Virus record (IMG/VR): IMGVR_UViG_3300030389_002443
Coordinates: 3,132 to 67,131 of that record
From: a virus
Reading direction: 5' to 3' (one strand)
DNA length: 64,000 nucleotides
The position numbers and the translations under genes are program-made. Of the stretch, positions 25,027 through 34,723 are shown piece by piece. Position 1 is the stretch's first letter; each line of letters begins with the position of its first letter. The notes beneath the pieces are model-generated. The model was not told the DNA's origin. It ran no database searches and saw only the letters and a program-made list of their open reading frames with translations.

Positions 25027-25943
25027 AAAGCGAATTATGGGCGGAAAAATATAGGCCAACTAGATTGGGTGATATGATAGGGCAAGATAGTTTTAGACTA
25101 GATGCCGAAGGATGGATTGAGCATAAAGATATGCCACACCTTTTGTTATTTGGGCCAGCAGGAGTAGGGAAAACAGCAGCAGCAATGGTGTTGGGTAAAG
25201 AATTATTAGGAGAATACATGGATAATTTTTTAGAAATCAATGCTAGTGATGACAGAAAATTAGAAGTTGTTAGAACTCAAATAAGAGAGTTTGCACAAAC
25301 TATGAAGATTGGTGATGTTCCTTTCAAGATTATACATTTAGATGAAATGGATGGGATGACAACAGATGCTCAAAATGCATTGAAGAGAGTTATGGAAAGA
25401 TATTCTGAAAATGTCAGATTCATTATTACTTGTAATGATAGAAATAAAATTATTCATCCTATTCAATCGAGATGTGCCAATTACTTTTTCCAACGATTAA
25501 GTGACCAAAGAATTTTTGACTTAGTTATGCGATGTTTGAAAAACGAGCAAATTCCAAACATTGAGGAAAAAGTTTTGTTCCACTTTATAAGTGCGTACAA
25601 TGGTGATGTTCGTAGGGTGTTGACTGAATTGCAAGCGGCTTTGATTTCTGGACGACCTTTAGGGGTTCAAGTTATTCAAAGTTTCAAGGGTTATTCTGAT
25701 GTGGTTCACAAGATAATAGATGGTGATAGAATGAATGCATTGGAATTATTGTGTGACATGAATAAAGACGGTCAAACTTTACAAGAAATTTGTTCTGGAT
25801 TACATGAAGTAGTTATGAGGGACGAAATAGATTACAACAACAAATTCACTTTTTTGCGAGCCATAGGCGAAGCAGAATGGCGAAGCACTAACATGACACC
25901 AAGAGTTTTGTTGTCTTGGTTAGTAGCATCAATAAAAATATAA
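25023..25943 (+). CDS. rfcS: Replication factor C small subunit
   Basis: WAEKYRP, GPAGVGKT, EINASDDR, DEMD, AQNALKRVME, IQSRC, GDVR. Confidence 0.95.
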   Translation: MKSELWAEKYRPTRLGDMIGQDSFRLDAEGWIEHKDMPHLLLFGPAGVGKTAAAMVLGKELLGEYMDNFLEINASDDRKLEVVRTQIREFAQTMKIGDVPFKIIHLDEMDGMTTDAQNALKRVMERYSENVRFIITCNDRNKIIHPIQSRCANYFFQRLSDQRIFDLVMRCLKNEQIPNIEEKVLFHFISAYNGDVRRVLTELQAALISGRPLGVQVIQSFKGYSDVVHKIIDGDRMNALELLCDMNKDGQTLQEICSGLHEVVMRDEIDYNNKFTFLRAIGEAEWRSTNMTPRVLLSWLVASIKI

Positions 25944-25956
25944 TGGAGGAAAAAAT

Positions 25957-27273
25957 ATGTATTGGGAAAACAGTATAGAAGAAATAGAAAACACAGCAAG
26001 AGTTCTAGAAATGGAGGCTACTGCACTGAACGAAAAACTAGAAGAAATAGTGCTACAGCACAATCTGAATAAAGAAACAGATGGTCAGCAAATAATGGCT
26101 ATGTTTAGAAATTGGGCGCAGCAAGTTAGGAGGAGACAAAAACAAGGCACTCCTAATCTTTCTAATAACACTGGCTCTTTTGTCAAAAGAGGATTTGGTA
26201 TGTTTGTTGGTATGGATGAAGTTCGTAACAATATGCAATATCCTAGAGATATGATTAAGGCTGCTTGTGAGCATGATTTAGAAGCAGTTTATCGTGGTGG
26301 TATAGAAGTTAGTAGTAGACCATATGGTATTTCACTTACAACTAAAACTGAAACAGGTTATCAAATTAGTTATATTGCCAACGGAGAAGAAACAATTCGT
26401 GATAAAACTCTTGGTGGTAAATCATTAGATGAAAACTGGTTCAATAAAAACATCAAAGACAATTCTTGGGAATTTGAACTTGGTTGGGCTACTCCAATTG
26501 ATTTGACAGAAAGGTTTCAAAATGGTGACAAAAACCCAATGTATTCTAAACCATTGGCATTAACTGATAATACTAGGAGAGCATACTTTATTGGCCAAGG
26601 GCCGAATGATGAACTACCTAAATATTGGCCAATCCAACTTAGAGATAAAGGTGAGAGTTTAGTCGCTACAAATTTTTCAGAAAAGGTTCCATTATTTGAA
26701 CCAGTATATTTTACTGGTGTTTGGAATGAAGAAAGAAATATTGTTTATGGTACAAAAAACTCATTGGACACTTTATTAATTAATAGTAAACTACCAGAAG
26801 ACCATGATGATAAAATTGCAGTTACTCCAAATGTTTTGGATATGGTTAACAGTTGCATGGGTGGATTGACTACTAATTTGGTTAATTTAGATATGTACCA
26901 TAAAAACTCATTAACTAAATCATATGCTGAAAGATTAGTTATTACTGATGGTATGGTTACAAATATGCAACCATCTCCAAACAAACTTGGTAACAGAACT
27001 ATTTGGCTTGGTTCTTTAGATAATTACAGTTACGATATTGACCAATATGAAGATACAGTTTGTTGGTTGCCTTCTCACATTGATTTAGACTTTGGTGTAG
27101 GTAGTCAAGTACTTGTTATTGGAAGAACATCTCAAAGAGAAACTACAGATGAAGAAACTGGTGAAGTTACAATTAATCCAGTAACTATTAATGTTGCAGG
27201 ATTATTAGTATTAGAAAGAAAAGGTGAGCCTACAGTAGTTAGTGTAGAAAGCACTGATGATGATTGGTGGTGA
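25957..27273 (+). CDS. ssDNA-binding protein (RPA/OB-fold-like)
   Basis: C-terminal OB-like FGVGSQVLVIGRT; acidic-aromatic tail STDDDWW; position in replisome block. Confidence 0.6.
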   Translation: MYWENSIEEIENTARVLEMEATALNEKLEEIVLQHNLNKETDGQQIMAMFRNWAQQVRRRQKQGTPNLSNNTGSFVKRGFGMFVGMDEVRNNMQYPRDMIKAACEHDLEAVYRGGIEVSSRPYGISLTTKTETGYQISYIANGEETIRDKTLGGKSLDENWFNKNIKDNSWEFELGWATPIDLTERFQNGDKNPMYSKPLALTDNTRRAYFIGQGPNDELPKYWPIQLRDKGESLVATNFSEKVPLFEPVYFTGVWNEERNIVYGTKNSLDTLLINSKLPEDHDDKIAVTPNVLDMVNSCMGGLTTNLVNLDMYHKNSLTKSYAERLVITDGMVTNMQPSPNKLGNRTIWLGSLDNYSYDIDQYEDTVCWLPSHIDLDFGVGSQVLVIGRTSQRETTDEETGEVTINPVTINVAGLLVLERKGEPTVVSVESTDDDWW

Positions 27274-27401
27274 TTTCAAAGTCAATTGTTAGGTTGACAG
27301 AAGGTTTTTCCAGTAATAACAAGCAAAATCTTTCCTTTGCGGAAATAGTGGTTCCGTACCATGAACTTGTTCCCTTCAAAACAACTACAGGAGAAATAAA
27401 T

Positions 27402-28238
27402 ATGCAAAGTGCGTTTAAATTAGGAACTAATTCAGAAGATGAATTTAAAAAACAATGTGAAGAAATAGATAAAAGGTTAGCAGCCATGAACAAAAGAAAC
27501 CGTTCTTTTTTAAGAGTCGGTATTCATGGTGAACCTAAATCTGGAAAATCGGGTGTAGCCTTAGATTGTTTAACAGAAGAAGAAATCAAAGATGGTTGGA
27601 AAGTGATTGCGTTAGATTGGGATAACGGCTGTGAACCTACATGGAGAAACAACTGGGATTCTAGTGAACACATTATTGTTTTTGACCCTCACTGTTTTAA
27701 TGAAGATGGCTCTCCTAACTTTGCTCAAAGTGAAAAACTAGCAGAGGCTTTTGTTCGTAGAGTTAAGAATGGTGACTTCGGTGATAAGTATAAATTTGTA
27801 TTTGATGGTGTAGACAAATGGTTAGTTAGATGTTTTGATACTTTGACCAAAGGTAAAAAAGAAACAGATTTCAAATTTATTCCTATCCTATATGGTAAGA
27901 GAAACAGACATTATAATTTATTGTTAGATAAAGTGGATGCTTTAGAATGTGATGTATTTTTCATCACTCATATGAAAGATGTGTATGAGGGCATAAACAA
28001 TCCTAACCCAGTTGGTAAAGAAGCAGATTGGCATAAAAGCACTCCTGCTAGATTTAGCCATGAGATTAGGATGACTAAAACTAAAAAACTAAAAAGTGTA
28101 GAATATACGGCTGAAATCCTTTCATCTAAATCTAATACATTAAGTGTTGGTAAAACATTCAAAGTTTTAGAAGTTGACCATCAAAAGAATGAAGTTAATT
28201 GGAGCGGTATTCCTCCACTAAAAGAGGGAACAATATGA
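27402..28238 (+). CDS. RecA-fold ATPase (RadA/Sak4-like recombination protein)
   Basis: GEPKSGKS Walker A, FVFDG Walker B, FITH; AGGAG RBS before ATG 27402. Confidence 0.75.
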   Translation: MQSAFKLGTNSEDEFKKQCEEIDKRLAAMNKRNRSFLRVGIHGEPKSGKSGVALDCLTEEEIKDGWKVIALDWDNGCEPTWRNNWDSSEHIIVFDPHCFNEDGSPNFAQSEKLAEAFVRRVKNGDFGDKYKFVFDGVDKWLVRCFDTLTKGKKETDFKFIPILYGKRNRHYNLLLDKVDALECDVFFITHMKDVYEGINNPNPVGKEADWHKSTPARFSHEIRMTKTKKLKSVEYTAEILSSKSNTLSVGKTFKVLEVDHQKNEVNWSGIPPLKEGTI

Positions 28239-28990
28239 TAATAAATATGGATAGTTTTCTAAAGGCAATCAAGTATTGTACAATGAAGGGCAAATGGGGC
28301 GATAAAAGTGGTGAGTTATCATCTCAGATAACTTGTAAAGTCGAAGATAATAATTTATATTTGCTTAGTGCTAACAGAGCAAACTCTGTTGCTGTAGCAT
28401 ATAAGTTGGTCTTAGACAACGCAGAAGATGTTGAGTTTGTTTTAGATTTAGAAGTGTTGCCTATGTTGAAAACCTTTTCTGGTGAGGTTGAGTTTGAGGT
28501 TGATAATGTTTTGACAATATTGCAAGGTAGTGATTCTGCTACAGTTCCGTTAGTCGCTCATCATGAAAATGAATCAGCGATTGATAGATTTAGTCCTAAG
28601 TTAATCAATTGGATTGATGAAGGTTTTGGGCCAGACTTTACATTCGGTTCAACTAAATATGACTTAACAGTAAACTTAGATGCTGATAGTTTGACTCAAT
28701 CTATTAAGGCTTGTGACACAGTGGGCGCATCTAATTATATTTTGAACTTTCATCCAAATGAAAGATTATATTTACAAGCATCTAAAGGTCAAAGAAAAAT
28801 ATCTAACGAATTACAAATGAGAGAACATAGTGGTAACGCTGCTACTGTTCCTTTTGCAGCACCTATTCATGTTTTATTTCAAAGTGAAAACGAATGGGAT
28901 AATAGAATCAATTTGAGATTACATGATGACATGCCGTTATTTGCAAGTACAGATTTCGCTGCAATAGTAGTAGCACCATACATGAGTTGA
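28235..28990 (+). CDS. Sliding clamp (PCNA-like), divergent
   Basis: About 251 aa acidic two-domain alpha/beta pattern, C-terminal VVAP; between ATPase and PolB, RFC nearby. Confidence 0.7.
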   Translation: MIINMDSFLKAIKYCTMKGKWGDKSGELSSQITCKVEDNNLYLLSANRANSVAVAYKLVLDNAEDVEFVLDLEVLPMLKTFSGEVEFEVDNVLTILQGSDSATVPLVAHHENESAIDRFSPKLINWIDEGFGPDFTFGSTKYDLTVNLDADSLTQSIKACDTVGASNYILNFHPNERLYLQASKGQRKISNELQMREHSGNAATVPFAAPIHVLFQSENEWDNRINLRLHDDMPLFASTDFAAIVVAPYMS

Positions 28991-30636
28991 GATACATGAT
29001 TATCACACACAAAGATAATACTATTTATCTTAGATGGCGTGATGAAAATGGTAATAGATTAGAAAAAGAAGTTACTGATTTTAGACCATATTTTTATGTA
29101 AATTCTGATGAAAGAATGCCGCAAGCATATAATATTCGTGTTACTAATTCTCAAGGTAGAAAGATGAAACTACCTCAAGAGTTTGTTTACGAGAGAACCA
29201 ACCATGTCAATTTAGAAAAACAACCTTTGACTAAAGTTATGGTTACTAAATATAATGATATTAGAACCGCTAGAAAATACTTTGATAAAACATACGAGGC
29301 TGATGTAAGTTTCACTCATCGTTATTGTATTGATGAGATGACCGAAATACCAGAATATGATTTACGCAAGTGGTATTGGGATATGGAATGGATGACTACA
29401 GGAGAATATGATGGGGCAATAACAACTATTGCTGTTTATGATAATTATGCAGATTGCATAAACTTATACTATTGGACTCCCAAAGATGCTAAACTAGATA
29501 TGATTGTAGTAGATGCTGTCGAGTATCATTTTAATTCAGAAAAAGATATGCTTGAGGCTTTTGTTGCTGATGTAGAAGAACAAGACCCAGACATGTTGAT
29601 TGCATGGTTTGGGTTACAAGCAGATGTCCCTAAGTTATTTGAAAGGTTAGAAGAAAATAATATTGATATTGGTAGACTATCTCCTATAGGATTAGTTAAA
29701 CCTAGTAAGAAAGCATGGAATCAAATATCACCTATATCTCAACCTATTTATGGTAGATTGTGTCTAAACTTAGACCATGCGTTTGAAAGACAATGGAACG
29801 ATGCACAACGAGGAACTTTACCATCTACTGCTTTAGATTTCGTTGGCAATCTTTTATTTGGAGAAGGTAAAAAGAAAGAGTCTAAATTTACGGATAAAAA
29901 CGAATTCTTTAGAAGGGCTTGGTTAGAAGACACTCAAAATTATTTAGATTATAATATTCAAGATGTGGTATTACTAAAACGAATAGATGATGAAAACGCA
30001 ATATCAGAATCGATACTAGCATTACAACGATTACTAGTTGCACCTTTCGATGCTTGTTTCTATGCTTCTCACATGGGGGGTATTTATTTCATGAGACACG
30101 CTGATTGGAAAGTACCAACAGGCGATAAGGACGCTGAAAGAGTAGAGGTAACTGGGGCTATGATATTCGACCCAGAAATAAACAAAACACATGGTAGGCA
30201 TGATAATGTTGCGGCCTTCGATTTTGCACAACTATATCCTTCTATGATGATGGCTAGGAATATTAGTTGGGAAACTAAATCTCGTACACCTACAGATTTT
30301 GCTTGTAATTTAGCGACACCACAAGACTTTAGCCCTGTAATCAAAAAAGATATGAGGTATTATAAAACAGATAAACTAGGTTTGTTACCAAGGTCTGTTC
30401 TTAATCTTAAACGACTTAGAGATGAGTACAAGTCTAAAATGAAAAAGGCAGACTCTAAAGAAGAATATCAAAAATGGTTTAACAATCAGATGGCTGTAAA
30501 AAGACTTATGGCCAGTTTCTATGGTGTAACTGCGTTTCCTAAGTTTGGTTGGTATGACCCAGATTTGGCTAACAGTATTACTGCTAGTGCTAGAGAAGCA
30601 ATTAGACATGCTGCTAAAGTTGCGGAGGGATTATAA
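28987..30636 (+). CDS. polB: Family B DNA polymerase, N-terminal part (exonuclease, motifs A and B)
   Basis: FRPYFY, YEADV, WDME (ExoI), YNIQD (ExoIII), DFAQLYPSMM (A), KRLMASFYG (B). Confidence 0.92.
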   Translation: MRYMIITHKDNTIYLRWRDENGNRLEKEVTDFRPYFYVNSDERMPQAYNIRVTNSQGRKMKLPQEFVYERTNHVNLEKQPLTKVMVTKYNDIRTARKYFDKTYEADVSFTHRYCIDEMTEIPEYDLRKWYWDMEWMTTGEYDGAITTIAVYDNYADCINLYYWTPKDAKLDMIVVDAVEYHFNSEKDMLEAFVADVEEQDPDMLIAWFGLQADVPKLFERLEENNIDIGRLSPIGLVKPSKKAWNQISPISQPIYGRLCLNLDHAFERQWNDAQRGTLPSTALDFVGNLLFGEGKKKESKFTDKNEFFRRAWLEDTQNYLDYNIQDVVLLKRIDDENAISESILALQRLLVAPFDACFYASHMGGIYFMRHADWKVPTGDKDAERVEVTGAMIFDPEINKTHGRHDNVAAFDFAQLYPSMMMARNISWETKSRTPTDFACNLATPQDFSPVIKKDMRYYKTDKLGLLPRSVLNLKRLRDEYKSKMKKADSKEEYQKWFNNQMAVKRLMASFYGVTAFPKFGWYDPDLANSITASAREAIRHAAKVAEGL

Positions 30637-30863
30637 TGGTCAATGCTAAAAACAAATATCAAAGAATTATCAAACAAGCAATAGATATATTAGGTGATGA
30701 TGAAATGACCACTAGAGAACTTTATGATATTTATGTTGATAAACATTTTAGGTCATGTCCTACAATACAAGGATTAGGTATGATTTTAAAAAGACATAAA
30801 GAATTTGTTAGATTAAATAAATATGATTATCCTGCAAGATGGAGGGTTCGGGATGAGCAGTGA
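30636..30863 (+). CDS. Small winged-helix protein inserted in split polB
   Basis: MTTRELYD...CPTIQGLGMILKR...W. Confidence 0.6.
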   Translation: MVNAKNKYQRIIKQAIDILGDDEMTTRELYDIYVDKHFRSCPTIQGLGMILKRHKEFVRLNKYDYPARWRVRDEQ

Positions 30864-31098
30864 GGCTACACATATATGTAGAAGATGTAAAGGAACTGAG
30901 GCTTATAAAACAGTGATAAAAGGTAAGGGGTTAGTTGTGTGTGTAGAATGTGATTACGAATGGGTTCCACATGGTTATTGTTTACATTGTAGAAAAGCAC
31001 TACAACCTATTGGTTCTGCTAGAATGAATGGCGCACCACATAAGGATTGGAGTTCTAGAAAATATCACAAAAAATGTTGGAAGGAGTTGAATTTATGA
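30853..31098 (+). CDS. Double zinc-finger protein inserted in split polB
   Basis: CRRC/CVEC and CLHC/HKKC. Confidence 0.65.
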   Translation: MSSEATHICRRCKGTEAYKTVIKGKGLVVCVECDYEWVPHGYCLHCRKALQPIGSARMNGAPHKDWSSRKYHKKCWKELNL

Positions 31099-31898
31099 AA
31101 GTAATATACGCTCACACAGATTCTTTGTTTTGTCCTGTTGAGTCGATAGACCACGCTAAAAGCACATGTGATTATCTCAATCAACAGGTTAGAGAAATAT
31201 TCCCTAATATTCTTGGTTTAGACCAGCACCCAGTTACTTTAGAATTTGAAAAGTTTTATTCTTCTCTCGGTATAGGTATTACTAAAAATCGAAATGCTGG
31301 TTTCATATCTTGGAAAGATGGTGAACATTTGGATGAGCCAGAATTTGTAGTCACAGGTTTCTCTGTAAAAAAATCTACAGAAATACACATTGCAAAAATT
31401 GTGCAAGAGATGGTTTTGAAAATGTGGGCGAATGGCAAATCTGAAAAGGAAGTCACCAAATATTTAAAGCAAGCATACCAAAATATCAAGAAAGGTAAAA
31501 TAGAAATGGGTAGTTTTCTTAAAAGGTCAAGGCTTAGAAAATCTATTAATGATTATGCAACATTAGCGGGTGGAGTTGCAGGTGCAGTATATTACAATAC
31601 TCACTTGAATCCTTCTGACCCCATAACAGATTCTTTTATCACAATCAAATGCAATATATTATCTGGCCCTAAAACTGTTCCACTAAATGATGGGACTTCT
31701 AGGGTAGCGACTTATATTTCAGTCAAAGAAAAAAATGAACTATTGCCTTTATTAGAAGAAGGTAAGATAGAAATAGATTATGGGTATTATGCCGACTATT
31801 GTATTAACAAGGCTGACCCTATATACAAAGCAATGGGTTGGGATATGTATCACATTTACGCTGACCCGAAACAAAAAACATTGGAGGATTGGTTTTGA
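31095..31898 (+). CDS. polB: Family B DNA polymerase, C-terminal part (motif C, thumb, PIP box)
   Basis: Begins VIYAHTDSLF; LEFEK, KNRNAG; ends QKTLEDWF. Confidence 0.92.
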   Translation: MKVIYAHTDSLFCPVESIDHAKSTCDYLNQQVREIFPNILGLDQHPVTLEFEKFYSSLGIGITKNRNAGFISWKDGEHLDEPEFVVTGFSVKKSTEIHIAKIVQEMVLKMWANGKSEKEVTKYLKQAYQNIKKGKIEMGSFLKRSRLRKSINDYATLAGGVAGAVYYNTHLNPSDPITDSFITIKCNILSGPKTVPLNDGTSRVATYISVKEKNELLPLLEEGKIEIDYGYYADYCINKADPIYKAMGWDMYHIYADPKQKTLEDWF

Positions 31899-32065
31899 TG
31901 TTTTGGAAAAAAGAAGTTAGGGACGATAAAAAAATAACTAGAATGCAAATCAAAATAGAATCTTTGCAAGGACAGGTAAACACTCTAACAAACAATCAAA
32001 AAAAAATAATTAATTTAATATCAAAAATAGAACAGGTAATAGAAGAATGGAAGGAGGAATTATAA
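31898..32065 (+). CDS. Small coiled-coil protein (55 aa)
   Basis: Manual translation; coupled to both neighbours. Confidence 0.5.
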   Translation: MFWKKEVRDDKKITRMQIKIESLQGQVNTLTNNQKKIINLISKIEQVIEEWKEEL

Positions 32066-32925
32066 TGCAAGAATACACATATCAATGGAACTATCAATGG
32101 GCCGAAGACGAAGACAAACCAATTTTGAAGATTACTAAATCTTCACTAGGAACTTTCAATTGGTGTAAAAGACAATATTTACATCAATATATTGAAAGGC
32201 TTCCACAAGATACATCTCCAGCGATGTTGAAAGGTTCGATAGTTCACAATGCTTATGAGGCATTATGGGATGACTTTGATATTTCAAAAGCAGAAAATAT
32301 GAATGAAGAAGAACTTCATTTTTATTTTACTAGTTTATTTCCTATAGATGATTATGGTGAAGTTTATGATAATGTGATAGATTTTGAAATTCAAAGATTT
32401 TTACAATCAAAACAAGAGGGTACTTTATCTTCTTATGTTCCTTTGGAAAATGAAGTTACATTAGATGCTGAAATACTTATACCCTTTGATGCAGACCCCA
32501 CACATGAATTGAAAAGAAGTTATATTGTCCATTTACAAGGTATCATAGATAGAGTGTTTCAAGAAGAAGATATATGCTTCCCTATGGAATTAAAAACAGG
32601 GATTTGGAAAGATGCTAAACTTAGCCATATGCGTGGAGAGATGGCCTTTTATAAACTGTTAATGGATGAGCAAATAGATGAAAACGGTGAAAGATTGTTT
32701 CCCCCTGTAACAAAATGGGGTTGGTATTACCCAGAAAGTAACTATTGTTATTTAGAAGAAGTAAAATCAACTTCAATGACAGCGTTAAGAAAAAGACTCG
32801 CTAGATTAATATGGGGTTACGAGAACAATCATTTTCCTGCGTCATTTTATTATAGGACTTGTCAGAATTGTTCTTTTTTGGGATTGTGTGAAGCAGCAGG
32901 AGAAACAGGATTGGAGGATTGGTAA
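32065..32925 (+). CDS. Cas4/AddB-like PD-(D/E)XK exonuclease with Fe-S staple
   Basis: N-terminal Cys (WCKRQY), GSIVH, GIIDR, ELKTG, C-terminal CQNC...C. Confidence 0.85.
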   Translation: MQEYTYQWNYQWAEDEDKPILKITKSSLGTFNWCKRQYLHQYIERLPQDTSPAMLKGSIVHNAYEALWDDFDISKAENMNEEELHFYFTSLFPIDDYGEVYDNVIDFEIQRFLQSKQEGTLSSYVPLENEVTLDAEILIPFDADPTHELKRSYIVHLQGIIDRVFQEEDICFPMELKTGIWKDAKLSHMRGEMAFYKLLMDEQIDENGERLFPPVTKWGWYYPESNYCYLEEVKSTSMTALRKRLARLIWGYENNHFPASFYYRTCQNCSFLGLCEAAGETGLEDW

Positions 32926-33329
32926 TGAAAGATAAAATAATTCAAAAGATAGAAAAACAAGAGTGGAGGTTTGCAGACTTGTTAAAATTAAAAGAAGTCG
33001 CTAACCACTTAGCAGAAGAATTGTATATGGAAATGACTAATGCAGAGAAGATAAAATTAGTGTGGGAAAAAGATGTTCCCGAAGGAACCTTTGCTATGGT
33101 TTTTCCACCATTGGTAAAAGAACATTTAACTAAAGAGATTATGGCGGTATTTCAAAATAAATTCGAGTCTGCTACAGTTTCTTTTGGTGAAGGCGCACCA
33201 CCTATGATTGCAGAAGAAATACCACCCCCACCACCAGAACCAATAGAAGAACATATAAAAGAATCAGAGCCGCCAAAGGAAGGCGAGATAAAAACAAGAG
33301 GCGGTAATATCAAAGTAAAGAGGGTATGA
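32925..33329 (+). CDS. Hypothetical protein with Pro/Glu-rich tail
   Basis: GGAGG RBS; PPPPPEP. Confidence 0.65.
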   Translation: MKDKIIQKIEKQEWRFADLLKLKEVANHLAEELYMEMTNAEKIKLVWEKDVPEGTFAMVFPPLVKEHLTKEIMAVFQNKFESATVSFGEGAPPMIAEEIPPPPPEPIEEHIKESEPPKEGEIKTRGGNIKVKRV

Positions 33330-33330
33330 T

Positions 33331-33480
33331 ATGTTTGATAAAATAATAGACGGGCAAGATAAATTAAATGAAACATTAGAAAAAATACATGAAACATTAC
33401 AATTCAGTAATAGAATTTTAATGATGGTAAACGCAGTTAATATTGCAACCATCATCACAATATTTGTTTTGGTGTTTTGA
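33331..33480 (+). CDS. Small C-terminally anchored membrane protein (49 aa)
   Basis: Manual translation ending VNAVNIATIITIFVLVF. Confidence 0.5.
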   Translation: MFDKIIDGQDKLNETLEKIHETLQFSNRILMMVNAVNIATIITIFVLVF

Positions 33481-34490
33481 TGCGATTTCCTAGAGAGGTT
33501 TGGTTTGGGTCACATCTTTCCACAGACGGTCAATCCCCAAGGATTGTAGTTTGGAACAAAAAGGAATATGCTGACTTAGTAAAAATAAATAATGGTAGAA
33601 GAAATTGCTACACGAATGTTTATGATTACGAACAATTTACAGATAAGGTAGATACTTGGGGGAGAACTACAGGTGTACCTGTTCAAAGAACTGTTATATT
33701 AGATAGGATATTTTTAGATTTTGACGCTCACGATGACCAACTAGAACAAGCAAGAAAAGATACTTTGAGTTGTGCTAAGGTCTTATTAGATAATAACACT
33801 TTATTCGACATCATATTTAGTGGGAGAGGATTTCATGTCCACGTATATGGAGAAAGGGCTACTGACATCAGACAAATACAATCTTGGTTTAGACAATGGG
33901 ATTATGAAACTTTAGATGATTGTGGCGTTCAAATAGGTAGGCATAGAAGAATAGTCAATACTATGAATATGGCTTCACAACTGTATTGTATTCCTTTGAC
34001 CATCGAACAATTAGAAAATTTTACTGTTGACATGGCTAAAACCAAAAACAACACAAGAACTACTTATGGTGAAGAACTAGTTAAATGGCCAGAAGTCCAA
34101 GTGCTATCAGCAGCACCGAAAGAAATTGCACAAGTTAGAAAGTTAGGGAAGTTATCTGTATTGCCATGTTTGTATAACGCTATAATGGTTCAAAATCCTT
34201 CCCATACTGCAAGAGTATATCTTATATCTTGGTGGAGAACCTTGTTAGGTGGCGGGTCAACTACTGCTAAGATAGCAATAGAAGACCAACCAGTGGTTGT
34301 AGAAAAAATAATGAATGAATTAAAGTCAATCGAGGGATTAGGTCAAACCATCTGGTTAGATTGGAATGAAGCCCTCACTAGAAAATATGTGAAAGGTATT
34401 GTAAAAAAAGGTTACAATGCCCCTAGTTGTTCTGATATATTAATACCAGAAGGCTACTGTATAGGAAAATGTTGGAGGTTTCCAGAATGA
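33477..34490 (+). CDS. Archaeo-eukaryotic primase, PriS fused to PriL Fe-S domain
   Basis: FLDFD, FSGRGFHVH, then LPC..H..R..PSC..GYCIGKC. Confidence 0.88.
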   Translation: MMRFPREVWFGSHLSTDGQSPRIVVWNKKEYADLVKINNGRRNCYTNVYDYEQFTDKVDTWGRTTGVPVQRTVILDRIFLDFDAHDDQLEQARKDTLSCAKVLLDNNTLFDIIFSGRGFHVHVYGERATDIRQIQSWFRQWDYETLDDCGVQIGRHRRIVNTMNMASQLYCIPLTIEQLENFTVDMAKTKNNTRTTYGEELVKWPEVQVLSAAPKEIAQVRKLGKLSVLPCLYNAIMVQNPSHTARVYLISWWRTLLGGGSTTAKIAIEDQPVVVEKIMNELKSIEGLGQTIWLDWNEALTRKYVKGIVKKGYNAPSCSDILIPEGYCIGKCWRFPE

Positions 34491-34723
34491 AAAAAGTACC
34501 AAGGATAGAGAGAAAAAGAAGGTCTTATTGGCAAGATTGGGTAGATGAAATTATGAAAGACGGGAAAGAAAGAAGTTTGAAAGGTATTATAGAAGACCTT
34601 ATTGTTAGAAAAGGCACTCTATATATCCCTCAATCTGTAAGGTTAAGTAAATATCTTAGGAGTAATCCGATATATATTTATCACAAACCAAAACAATACA
34701 CTTTATTTAGGAGGGAAGATTAG
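34487..34723 (+). CDS. Small basic winged-helix-like protein
   Basis: RSLKGIIEDL...IPQSVRLSKYLR. Confidence 0.5.
   Translation: MKKVPRIERKRRSYWQDWVDEIMKDGKERSLKGIIEDLIVRKGTLYIPQSVRLSKYLRSNPIYIYHKPKQYTLFRRED

Noticed and set aside
30636-31098. Intein, group I intron or frameshift error explaining the polB break
   Set aside because: No intein terminal residues are visible; the gap holds two clean coupled ORFs and the C-part has its own RBS and ATG.
32065-32925. Cas4-like gene as part of a CRISPR-Cas system
   Set aside because: No cas1/cas2 or array is present; solo Cas4-like nucleases are common in viral replication modules.
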